Shown: in pieces, positions 1 through 9,157 of the stretch
How the letters are laid out: the number at the start of each line of letters is the position of its first letter
Numbering within the stretch: the first letter of the stretch is position 1
From: Oligoflexales bacterium
GTDB lineage: Bacteria > Bdellovibrionota_B > Oligoflexia > Oligoflexales > JALZUQ01
Length of the DNA stretch: 64,000 nt
Assembly (NCBI GenBank): GCA_023301465.1
Contig: JALZUQ010000012.1
Coordinates: 11,744 to 75,743, forward strand
Direction: 5' to 3'
Program-made: the position numbers and the translations under genes
The notes under the pieces: generated by a model
What the model was told of the DNA's origin: nothing
Seen by the model: only the letters and a program-made list of their open reading frames with translations
Databases searched by the model: none

Positions 1-2
1 CA

Positions 3-245
3 ATTGATATAGAAATTGAAGAAAGACATCCTAAAGATTACTTTCAAGAAGCGGTTCTTTCTGGCCTCAGGTATAAAAAAGGAGTGAGGTTAGACTCTCT
101 TGCTCAATGCTATTTACCATCTTCAATTCTTGAAGGGCTTCAAAAACCTTTTCAGTATCATGAGGGTAGATTGACCCTTGATCAAAAGGAATGGTTTCGA
201 GAAAATTACTGGATTAGAAAATTATTTGATTTAGCGAACATATAA
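3..245 (+). CDS. 3' end of a CDS of unknown function (5' end outside window)
   Basis: Frame 3 is open from the window edge to TAA at 243-245 (...QKEWFRENYWIRKLFDLANI*). No family recognised. Confidence 0.45.
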   Translation: MDIEIEERHPKDYFQEAVLSGLRYKKGVRLDSLAQCYLPSSILEGLQKPFQYHEGRLTLDQKEWFRENYWIRKLFDLANI

Positions 246-366
246 AAAGTAAGCGTATAACTTGCTGTAATAACTATATTTTTACGTATTCTTTAAAAAC
301 ATATTCTGAACCCCGATGTTAACACTAGCAAGGTGTTTTCATTTTGCTTTTTTAGAGGAAAAAATA

Positions 367-1644
367 ATGAAATATTTAGTAATGTGTTTAGTGGTTCTTT
401 TTAATGTTGCTTGTGGAGAGCAAGCCCCTATTGAAAGAAGAGTGGCGTTTATCCAGTCTAGTGATCAGGTAGTGGTTGAGGAAGCAACTGAAACTACAAA
501 AAAGAAACCTTTAGAAACACCAGAAGAGTCTTTACCTCCTGTTGTTACGGTCCCTGAGCCTGGATTGGAACCAACTCCACCAACATTAGAAGAAGTGATT
601 CAGTTGGGTCTAGATGCCATTGACCTAGAGATTATTAAAGAAGAGCTAACTTACATTTCTTCTGATGAGCACGAAGGGAGACTATCAGGAACCAAAGGAA
701 ATGAAACCATTGCAGATTATTTAATCGGTCATTTAGAGGATTTAGGTGTAAGCCCCGGTTTGGAATCTGGGTATCTTCAAGAGTTTCGTATTCAAAACGG
801 ACCAACTAGTGGTCAAGGTACTGCAAATATAGTTGGAGTTATTCGCGGGCAAGACGAAGTTTTAAAAGATGAGTATATCGTTATTGGTGCTCATATGGAT
901 CATGCTGGAATGCTTTCAAAGGGTTATACATGTAGTTCTGGTGATAGAGATAGCAACCAAATTTGTAATGGAGCCGATGATAATGGTTCGGGAACTATTG
1001 GACTATTAAATGTCACCAAGGCTTTAGCCAAGGTGCAAAAGCACTTAAAACGTTCAGTCGTCGTCATCTGGTTTTCAGGTGAAGAGCTTGGTTTAGAAGG
1101 CTCTTGGCACTATGTGAGAAACCCAATCTTTCCATTAGAGAAAACGGTTTACATGATGAATCTTGATATGATCGGATATGCTCATACAAATCAACAACGT
1201 GTTTCAGGTTTAGGCGGTGGAACATCATCTGCTGCTGAAAACTTCATTAAAGAATTAGATGATAAGTATGATTTAACGGTAGATATTACTGCACAGGCAG
1301 GTGGTGGATCTGATCATGTGCCGTTTATGGCAGAAGGTATTCCGGGAGTCTTTTTTCATACAGGTGTCGCAAATAACCCTAACTATCATAAAACCTCTGA
1401 TACTGCAGAAAAAATATCTTACGAAGGCCTAACGACGATTGCAGAGATGTCTTTTGAGCTGATTCACTATGTTGCTAATAACGAAGAAAGTTTCTCAGTT
1501 CCTGTTGGTGTTGCTGGGACCTCAATCAAAAGAGCTCCACTTGTTACTAAAGCAGAGCAAGCACAATCTTGTCACCACCTTATTTTAAACCCATATGTAG
1601 AGAAGATGTCGAGCTTTATGCAGTCAGGAAAGAAAAACCCTTAG
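367..1644 (+). CDS. M28-family zinc aminopeptidase, probable lipoprotein
   Basis: M28 metal and catalytic motifs HMDH, DDNGSG, GEELGLEGS, NLDMIG, SDHVPF. Start moved to ATG 367, giving MKYLVMCLVVLFNVAC (signal peptide with lipobox). Confidence 0.85.
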   Translation: MKYLVMCLVVLFNVACGEQAPIERRVAFIQSSDQVVVEEATETTKKKPLETPEESLPPVVTVPEPGLEPTPPTLEEVIQLGLDAIDLEIIKEELTYISSDEHEGRLSGTKGNETIADYLIGHLEDLGVSPGLESGYLQEFRIQNGPTSGQGTANIVGVIRGQDEVLKDEYIVIGAHMDHAGMLSKGYTCSSGDRDSNQICNGADDNGSGTIGLLNVTKALAKVQKHLKRSVVVIWFSGEELGLEGSWHYVRNPIFPLEKTVYMMNLDMIGYAHTNQQRVSGLGGGTSSAAENFIKELDDKYDLTVDITAQAGGGSDHVPFMAEGIPGVFFHTGVANNPNYHKTSDTAEKISYEGLTTIAEMSFELIHYVANNEESFSVPVGVAGTSIKRAPLVTKAEQAQSCHHLILNPYVEKMSSFMQSGKKNP

Positions 1645-1671
1645 AAAAGTTTTTTATTTTTGATCGTGGTA

Positions 1672-2646
1672 CTAAAGTAGAGAGCAACACATCGCAGTAA
1701 TGCGAGCTGCAACATTTGCGTCGTAATCATCTGCTCCTGTTTCGCAAATATCAAACCCAATCATGTCTTTTTGAGATTTTTTTAAACTGCTCATAGCATG
1801 CTTTAGGTCAAGAAACCCTATTCCTCCCGGAACTGGAGTTCCTGTGTTTGGGCAGAAACTTGGGTCAAGTCCATCAACATCTATGCTCAAATAGTAGTGA
1901 TCTGTTACTTGGGTTATGATTTCATCAAAGCTTTTTTGAAATCCATCTTTATAAATTTTCATGTCATCATAAATTGGGTAATGGCTTGCTTTTGCAAAGT
2001 CTTCTTCTGATTTGCAAAAATCTCTTACGCCAATATGAAATATTTTATTTAGGTTCTTGAGGGTTTTTGATGCGTTAAACATAATGGATGCATGAGACTG
2101 TTGCAAGCCTTCGTATGAATCTCGTAAGTCTAAATGTGCGTCAAAGTGTATGATGTCAAAGGGGCTTGATTGTTCGCTGTCTATTGCTTGCATATAGCCA
2201 AGTGGTGCACTGTGATCTCCTCCAATAACACCTACTTTTTTGTTTTGTTGAAGGTAGTCTTTTGTTTGATTGTAAATTTGCAAGCGTACCTGTTCGCAGT
2301 CATGGTTAATGTCTGCTCGCAATTCTTTAGATCCTGATCGGTACTTGTGTACTTTGTTGATAGTGGAATGCCTGAGTTTTTCTATGTTTGCTTGTTCAGT
2401 CATTTGTAAGTAAACACCTTGATTCATGAAATCATAATTAAAATGCGGGCTATAAAAATCTAATTGATGTGAAGCCTTTCTAATATATTCGGGACTTTCA
2501 AAACAACCATTTCCAAAAGAGGTGGTTGCATCCCAAGGAACAGCTAGTAAGATAATGTCAGAGTCTTCTGGAGTTGAGCTGAGCCCAAAAATCCGAGCAT
2601 TTTCATCGGGTGCTTGGTCTTCAAGATTTTGATTCGATGTACTCAT
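1672..2646 (-). CDS. Arginase-fold ureohydrolase (agmatinase/formimidoylglutamase family)
   Basis: Mn-binding motifs GGDHS, DAHLD, SIDVDGLDP in the canonical order. Its 5' end overlaps the ligA stop by 26 nt. Confidence 0.8.
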   Translation of the reverse strand: MSTSNQNLEDQAPDENARIFGLSSTPEDSDIILLAVPWDATTSFGNGCFESPEYIRKASHQLDFYSPHFNYDFMNQGVYLQMTEQANIEKLRHSTINKVHKYRSGSKELRADINHDCEQVRLQIYNQTKDYLQQNKKVGVIGGDHSAPLGYMQAIDSEQSSPFDIIHFDAHLDLRDSYEGLQQSHASIMFNASKTLKNLNKIFHIGVRDFCKSEEDFAKASHYPIYDDMKIYKDGFQKSFDEIITQVTDHYYLSIDVDGLDPSFCPNTGTPVPGGIGFLDLKHAMSSLKKSQKDMIGFDICETGADDYDANVAARITAMCCSLL

Positions 2647-4564
2647 AGAGCTCTCCTTCTGACCAGATTGGTACGTTTAATTTTCTTGCTTTTTGTAACT
2701 TCGAAGATTTTCCTTCTGGGTCTTCGCAAACAACAGCGGTTGTTTTTGAACTTGTGGAAGAAGCAACTTTTGCTCCAAGGCTTATTAAGTGAGTGGCAAT
2801 CTCTTCTCTTGGTTTTGTGAGTTTCCCTGTGAGCACAAAACTCTCTCCAGACAAGCTTTGTGTAGAGGCTTCAGGAATTGGCGTTTCTCTTGGGGAAACG
2901 CCAACATCCATAAGTTCTTTGATGGTGCTCGCTTTTATTTGAAGGCCTTCAAGGACAGCTGTTGCTGATTTTTCTGCAAAGCCCTCGATGTCTGCTAATT
3001 GTGTCTCGTTTAGGTTTGTGACCAAAGAAAGGGTAGGGTATTGAATGCATATTTTTTGCCATGAGCTTTTTCCAGTTCCAGCAATCCCTAACCCATTTAA
3101 AAAATCAACGAGTGATATTTTTTTAGAGTCAGAAATGTGCTTTAGGATTTTATCTGCTAGCTTCTCTTTTGTTTTTGGTAGGGTTAATAAATCGGCTTTC
3201 GTAAGTTTGTATAAGTCGGGAATTGACTTTACAAGACCGCTTTCCATCATTGCTCCTAGGCGTTTGTCGCTGAGGTCTTCAATCCCAGAGACTTTAATCC
3301 AGTTAAGGATTTGGCCACTTTGTTGAGCTGGACATTGTTCTGTGTTTTCACATACCATACGCACATCATCAAAATGAAGAGCAAACCCACACTCTGGACA
3401 ACCATTTGGGAGTTCGTATTCACCCGATTTGCTTTGGATGACTTCTAAAAGTTTTGGGATAACCTCTCCACTGCGGACGATTTTGATTTCATCTCCAGCC
3501 TTTAAGTTAAGCTGCATGACATTGGCGGCATTATGCAGTGTAACATTCGTGATAGTTGCACCACTAAGATAGACAGGTTGAATCACCGCAACGGGTGTTA
3601 CAATTCCAAGTCTTGAAGTGGCCCAATGGATGTTTTCTATCGTAGAAGTTGCAGTGTCACCTTGCCATTTAAATGCGTTTTTATAGCGTGGATGGTGTGA
3701 GGTGTTTCCAAGTGAAGCTTGCAGTTTAAGATCATTGTAACTAAAAACGATTCCATCAATTTCGTAATCAAGGTTTGATTTTTGCTTTTCAATGTCATTT
3801 AAAAAAGATGTGATGTCTTTTGCGGTGGTGAGTACTTTTGGGTCTGCTAATTCAAAGCCCCAAGACTTCAGGATTTTCTGTTTGTCCCATTCGGTTTTTG
3901 GGGTTAGCTGAGACTCGTTTTGCATGATGAGGTCAAAGGCAATAAACTCAAAATGCCGTGCTAATTGAATATGTTGTTTTCTTCCTAATACTCCAGCAAC
4001 AGTGTTTCGAGGATTCGTTGGTGCATCTAAGCCTAATACTTTCATTTCTTTGCAAAGTGCTTGAAATGGTTTGCCTTTGCAGACCATTTCTCCTCTGATT
4101 TCGATGTTTTCAAGAGAATCTATTTTTTCAGGTAAGGTGTCACACCACATGATTTTTTGTGTGACGTTTTCGCCTTCTGTTCCATTACCACGAGTTTTTG
4201 CAAGGTGGATGCTGCCGTTTTTGTAAAGCAGGCTCACACTATTGCCGTCAATTTTTAATGCTGCCATGACGGGGTGATCTTCAACCCATTTTAAAAGTTC
4301 TTCCATGTCATATGTCTTTTGCAGAGAGAGCATTGGGGTGTTGTGTTTTACTTTTTCTAGTTGGCTGACTTCATCGGTGCCCACAAACGCAAGAACAGGG
4401 TGAGTGGGGTCAAGTGCCTTAAGTTCTTGCTCTAGTTGGTCATAGTCTTGGTCGCTAATATTCGGTTTGCCGCTATAGTAAGCACGTTTGTGTTCCATGA
4501 TTGTCGCGGCAAGTGCTGATATGGCTTGATTTGATGTTTGTTTGTTCATGTGGGTTTGCTTCAT
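2621..4564 (-). CDS. ligA: NAD-dependent DNA ligase
   Basis: KxDG adenylation motif (LKIDGNS), Cys4 zinc finger (CPECG...C..C), HhH region and C-terminal BRCT-like tail. Length 647 aa. Confidence 0.95.
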   Translation of the reverse strand: MKQTHMNKQTSNQAISALAATIMEHKRAYYSGKPNISDQDYDQLEQELKALDPTHPVLAFVGTDEVSQLEKVKHNTPMLSLQKTYDMEELLKWVEDHPVMAALKIDGNSVSLLYKNGSIHLAKTRGNGTEGENVTQKIMWCDTLPEKIDSLENIEIRGEMVCKGKPFQALCKEMKVLGLDAPTNPRNTVAGVLGRKQHIQLARHFEFIAFDLIMQNESQLTPKTEWDKQKILKSWGFELADPKVLTTAKDITSFLNDIEKQKSNLDYEIDGIVFSYNDLKLQASLGNTSHHPRYKNAFKWQGDTATSTIENIHWATSRLGIVTPVAVIQPVYLSGATITNVTLHNAANVMQLNLKAGDEIKIVRSGEVIPKLLEVIQSKSGEYELPNGCPECGFALHFDDVRMVCENTEQCPAQQSGQILNWIKVSGIEDLSDKRLGAMMESGLVKSIPDLYKLTKADLLTLPKTKEKLADKILKHISDSKKISLVDFLNGLGIAGTGKSSWQKICIQYPTLSLVTNLNETQLADIEGFAEKSATAVLEGLQIKASTIKELMDVGVSPRETPIPEASTQSLSGESFVLTGKLTKPREEIATHLISLGAKVASSTSSKTTAVVCEDPEGKSSKLQKARKLNVPIWSEGELYEYIESKS

Positions 4565-4681
4565 CCCTTCGAATTCTTGCGTTTATACTGGTTTACCGAT
4601 ACTTTAATAAAAATTCATTAAAAATCTCGTGGGGAGAAATGCTTTGTTTCAAAGCAGTACAGAACAAGCAATGCCTGTTGT

Positions 4682-6106
4682 TTGCAAAAGAGAGGTCAGG
4701 TCGTGATCCACTCAGCAACCAGTCGTTTTATATCGGGAAGCGTACGCTCTAAGTACGAGGCCCACCCCTTTCCTGAAGTAAAAATTTGGGAGACTATTGA
4801 CTCCGGAGACTATTACCATCACTCAAGTTTATTTGCTGCGAAGCTTTTTGAGCAGCACTTTCCTGATTGTTCTCATAGTGTGTGGCAGCATGTTGTTGAC
4901 CCATACTCAACCAATAGCGTGCTCGTTGCGGGTTGTGGTGAAGTGTTGCCTGTTGCGATGGCTCGTCTCGAGCCTAGAACCCATCACCTTGTAGGTGTTG
5001 ATATCTGTAAGTCAGTATTGCACAGAGCAAAGTATCGGCTCTATAAAACCTTAGACGGGTTTAAGTTTGTACATGCTCCCATCGAAGAGTTTTTAACTGA
5101 AACTCGGCAACGTTTTTCTCATATTGACGCAAGTCACTTGCTTGAATATACGACAAACCCAAAAGGCATCATTGCTGGCATGAGTGAGATGTTGGTACCC
5201 AATGGCACTATAAAAATCTCTGTCAATAATAGCTATTCCAAGCGTTGGATGCGTCAGCTTAGACGTGCGTTTTCGAGTTTAGAGTTAAAAGCAACCAACC
5301 CAAAAGATATTGCACTAGCGATTAAGCTTCTGAATATTGCAACAGAGTATTCAAGTGTTCTTGAGCGTCGTATCAAACAAATCTCTAACCAAAAGAAAAT
5401 GAAAACGAGTGAATTAGTCGAGTATTTTTTCCATCCATATGAAAATATATACGAAGTCCATGATTGGATGAAGTGGTTCGACGAAGCAGGACTTCAGATT
5501 TACGGTGTTTTTGACCGTCTTGGTGAATTGTCTGATATTGAAAACCCATTATTGGTTCCGCCTGATGCAGACACACTTCAAAAACGTATCAACCTTGGTT
5601 TCATGAAGGGGCCTTTAGAGTTTTATCTTTGTAGTCAAGATAGACGTAAAAGACAGTGGGTCAAAAGAAAAAGAAAAGTAAAAACATCTTTTAGGCTTAG
5701 AAAAGCTTGGCACTTACCAAAGTTCTGGCAACAAAATCCGTACCTCTCAAAAACTTCAATGCCAAAGTTATACAGGGTTTGGCTGCAAAGTCTCTATAGT
5801 GCATATCAAAGAGAGCAGAATAGTTTGGGATTGATGGGGTCTCTTGACGTCTACGCTGAGCAAGAAATAAAGTCGTTCGCTCGTTACGGAGCCATACTTC
5901 CAAGCATGCTAAAAGACCACCGTGCGATCAAAAAACTATATGATCCGATTACAAAAAGCCAAAAAATGACAAGAGAACATCAAGTTGTAGATTTCTTTGA
6001 TACTGCTCTTGCGTATAAAGTAGAACGAGAGCTTCGTAAACGTGATCTTTATGACTCTAAAAGATTTTATGTCATCATGGAGCGGTTTGTACAAAGCCAA
6101 TTTTAG
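4682..6106 (+). CDS. Class I SAM-dependent methyltransferase-like protein with long basic C-terminal extension
   Basis: Motif I-like VLVAGCGEVLP followed by VGVDI. C-terminal ~270 aa unrecognised, with an RRKRQWVKRKRKVK patch. Start uncertain: TTG 4682, or GTG 4703 behind GAGAGG. Confidence 0.5.
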   Translation: MQKRGQVVIHSATSRFISGSVRSKYEAHPFPEVKIWETIDSGDYYHHSSLFAAKLFEQHFPDCSHSVWQHVVDPYSTNSVLVAGCGEVLPVAMARLEPRTHHLVGVDICKSVLHRAKYRLYKTLDGFKFVHAPIEEFLTETRQRFSHIDASHLLEYTTNPKGIIAGMSEMLVPNGTIKISVNNSYSKRWMRQLRRAFSSLELKATNPKDIALAIKLLNIATEYSSVLERRIKQISNQKKMKTSELVEYFFHPYENIYEVHDWMKWFDEAGLQIYGVFDRLGELSDIENPLLVPPDADTLQKRINLGFMKGPLEFYLCSQDRRKRQWVKRKRKVKTSFRLRKAWHLPKFWQQNPYLSKTSMPKLYRVWLQSLYSAYQREQNSLGLMGSLDVYAEQEIKSFARYGAILPSMLKDHRAIKKLYDPITKSQKMTREHQVVDFFDTALAYKVERELRKRDLYDSKRFYVIMERFVQSQF

Positions 6107-6438
6107 GTTTTTACTATGTCGTATCAAAAAAAGTATTCCTCAATTTTTTTTATGGATAACAAATAAATATAAATGGCACTTTGTAAATGAGATCATTTTG
6201 ATAGCTCTGTGACTCTGATTTCATGGGCGGTATTAATTCAAGAATGCTTAAAAAAACCTCTATATTCGGGTATTTATATCGATGTATGGTAAAAAGTCAA
6301 ATATGAGAATTTCTCTGAGCTAATCTTCTCGTGTATTTGGGACGATTGACCAAGGTGTAGTTTACTCTTGATGGTTGCTCATAAAAAACGACTGACCACC
6401 AAAAATATAAGCTATACTTTATTATATAGTTATCGCAA

Positions 6439-7143
6439 TTGAATAGGGGGAAGGGTTTGAAAAGTTCAACAAAATACACCATTACTTTGGATGATGATCC
6501 TTCGGTTCATAAGATTATTACAAAGATGACAGGTATTAATTCGCTGCCTTTCACAAACCCAGAAAAACTTGTCCAAAAACATACTTCTTACAATCCTAGT
6601 GCAATATTTGTCGATATCCATTTAGGAAGAGATATTTCAGGATTAGACTATATTAAGACTATTCGCGAGGCTTGGCCTTATGTTCCAGTGATTGTGATGA
6701 CTAGTGACACGATGTCTGAATTTATTGGAAATGCTTTAGCATTAGGTGCAAATGATTTTGTTAGCAAACCTTTTGTGAAAGAAGAATTGTGTGGTCGTAT
6801 GCAAGCACGAATCAGCGAAATGGCCTCAAAGATTGAAGGTGATGAGTTTGCAGTCTCTAATGTTGTTTATAATAAAGCATATAGCCAGTTAAAGTGTGGT
6901 GAAAAGACAGCATATATTTCTAATCTCGAAGCCAAGCTGTTTGAGGTTCTTTCTCATAACCATGGGATGGTGCTCTCTAAAGACACGATCAAAAGTAAAG
7001 TTTGGGGTGAGTTAAAAGTTTCTGAAAACGCTTTAGATAAAAAGATTTCTAATTTAAGGCAATCATTAAAAGAGATTGACGCTAGCCTCAAAGTGAACTC
7101 ACTTTATGGTCAAGGAGTTGTGTTAGTAACGGAGTCTTCTTAA
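6439..7143 (+). CDS. OmpR/PhoB-type response regulator (receiver + winged helix)
   Basis: Receiver residues LDDD, FVDIHL (acceptor Asp), VMTSD, SKPF. C-terminal winged-helix-like LEAKLFEVL...VWG. Likely true start is TTG 6457 behind GGGGGAAGGG. Confidence 0.8.
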   Translation: MNRGKGLKSSTKYTITLDDDPSVHKIITKMTGINSLPFTNPEKLVQKHTSYNPSAIFVDIHLGRDISGLDYIKTIREAWPYVPVIVMTSDTMSEFIGNALALGANDFVSKPFVKEELCGRMQARISEMASKIEGDEFAVSNVVYNKAYSQLKCGEKTAYISNLEAKLFEVLSHNHGMVLSKDTIKSKVWGELKVSENALDKKISNLRQSLKEIDASLKVNSLYGQGVVLVTESS

Positions 7144-7167
7144 GTACTATGTTTTAAGGGTAATTTT

Positions 7168-9135
7168 ATGTCGTTGAAATATCGAAATTTAGAAAAAATA
7201 TCAATTCTAGTTATTGAAGATGATCAAGAAGATTTTTTTCTTTTAAAGAAGAGTCTTTTGGAGTCTGGTGTTCATAAAGATGAAATTGATCACGTGACAT
7301 CTTTACAAGCTGCATTCTTGAATATTGAGAACTCTGATTATGATGTTGTGTTACTAGATCTCAATGTTGATGATTCAGTTGGTTTAAGTACCTTCACTAG
7401 TTTCCATGAAGAATATCCTCAATTGCCGGTGGTGATTATGAGTGGGAGTTCTGACAAAGCAACAGCAGCACTATCTGTAAAGCATGGAGCACAAGACTAC
7501 TTATTTAAGCAAGATATTTTACAAGCAGATTTATTAAAAACTATAGATTATGCAGTTAATAGAAATAAACTAATTCAAGATTCCATGAAACAATCACAGT
7601 TTAAAAGTGATTTTATGGCTAAAATGAGTCATGAAATTCGAACCCCCCTAAATGGTATTATTGGTTTAGTGGATGTGTTGAGTCGCTCAAAAAACCTAAG
7701 TGAAGAAGATTTAGAAATGGTGAAAACAATTTCTAAATGCGGGGAAAACTTAATTGATTTAACATCTGATATCTTAGATATTTCGAAAATAGAGTCAGGT
7801 GACATTCACATTAAATATGATAGTTTTAATGTCCACTTTCTCGTCGAAGAAGTTATTGCAATATTCATACACCAAGCCAATCTAAAAAATTTATCTATCA
7901 AGTATATCAAGCCCACAGATATTCCAGCAATGTTTTTTGGAGATGCTGAAAGAGTTAGACAAGTTTTGTCAAACTTTATAAGTAACGCGATTAAGTATAC
8001 TGAAACTGGTGAAATTACTGTTCATCTGAAAATAAACAGCATAAAAAATTCGCATCAAAATAAACTTTTGTTTGAAGTATTGGATTCAGGTTCTGGGGTT
8101 TCGAAAGAGTTAGTAGGTAAGCTTTTTCAAAAATATGAGAAAAAAAATGTAGCAGGTAATTCATTAAGAAGTTCTGGTCTTGGGTTATCAATATGTAAAA
8201 GCATCGTAAAACAACTTGGTGGTGATATTGGCTATAAGCGACATGATCGAGGTGGTAGTTTGTTTTGGTTTGAGGTTTCAATGCCTTTTGATGAATCTAG
8301 TACACCAGTTAAGGAGAATACAAGTTTCATAGAACCCACAAAATCAAGCCAAACCCCTCTGAGAGTATTAGTAGTTGATGATGATCCGGTTAATCGTCAA
8401 GTCGTCATAAAAATGCTTAATATGATGGGCCACCAGAGTTTGTCTGCTGAAAATGGCGAAGAAGCAATTCAAAGTTTGTCAAAAAATGATATTGATTTAA
8501 TACTTATGGACTGTCGTATGCCTGTCATGTGCGGTTTAGAAGCAACAAAGAAAATTCGAGAGTCTCAAGGCAAAAAATCTTTTGTTCCTATTATTGCATT
8601 AACTGCTAATTCATATTCACAAGATCAAAAGGATTGCAAAGATGCTGGGATGGATTATTTTTTAACAAAACCCCTCAAATTTGAAGAGCTTTCAAAAGCC
8701 ATTGATTTTATAACTCAAGGACAAAAGGAAACACAAAAAGCAACAAAGCCCTCTGATACAATTGGAATAAAGAAAAAACTTATTAAGATTCCTGTGCTAG
8801 AAGAAAAAACTTTGTTCCAGCTACAGAGCTTAGATTCTGCAGATGATGGAGGTTTTCTTCAAGAGTTGATTGACCTTTTTATTCAGCAGGCTCCAGACAT
8901 CGTTGCTTCAATAAAAACCTCTCTGCAAAATAAAGATTCCAAAAGCTTGGAGCATTTTGCACACAAATTAAAGGGTTTTAGTCGAAATTTAGGAGTAGAG
9001 AAACTAGCAACAGTATGTGAATTTCTAGAGAAAGATCCTGATGAGCTCTTAAGTGACTTTGATTCAGATTTATCGTTGTTGTTGAATGAGTACTTTAACG
9101 ATGCAAAAAGTGAATTGTTAAAATCTTGGTATTAA
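7168..9135 (+). CDS. Hybrid sensor histidine kinase (REC-HisKA-HATPase-REC-HPt)
   Basis: N-terminal receiver (VIEDD, LLDLN). H-box MSHEIRTPLNG, then N/G boxes (NAIKYT, DSGSGV, GLGLSICK). Second receiver (VVDDD, LMDCRMP, TKPL) and HPt (HKLKGFSRNLG). Confidence 0.9.
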   Translation: MSLKYRNLEKISILVIEDDQEDFFLLKKSLLESGVHKDEIDHVTSLQAAFLNIENSDYDVVLLDLNVDDSVGLSTFTSFHEEYPQLPVVIMSGSSDKATAALSVKHGAQDYLFKQDILQADLLKTIDYAVNRNKLIQDSMKQSQFKSDFMAKMSHEIRTPLNGIIGLVDVLSRSKNLSEEDLEMVKTISKCGENLIDLTSDILDISKIESGDIHIKYDSFNVHFLVEEVIAIFIHQANLKNLSIKYIKPTDIPAMFFGDAERVRQVLSNFISNAIKYTETGEITVHLKINSIKNSHQNKLLFEVLDSGSGVSKELVGKLFQKYEKKNVAGNSLRSSGLGLSICKSIVKQLGGDIGYKRHDRGGSLFWFEVSMPFDESSTPVKENTSFIEPTKSSQTPLRVLVVDDDPVNRQVVIKMLNMMGHQSLSAENGEEAIQSLSKNDIDLILMDCRMPVMCGLEATKKIRESQGKKSFVPIIALTANSYSQDQKDCKDAGMDYFLTKPLKFEELSKAIDFITQGQKETQKATKPSDTIGIKKKLIKIPVLEEKTLFQLQSLDSADDGGFLQELIDLFIQQAPDIVASIKTSLQNKDSKSLEHFAHKLKGFSRNLGVEKLATVCEFLEKDPDELLSDFDSDLSLLLNEYFNDAKSELLKSWY

Positions 9136-9157
9136 CGTGCGAGTGGTATTTATTTAG

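Noticed and set aside
6174-6190. TGGCAC hexamer resembling a sigma-54 -24 element upstream of the two-component cluster
   Set aside because: The expected -12 TTGC element five nucleotides downstream is absent (the sequence reads TGGCAC-TTTGT-AAAT).
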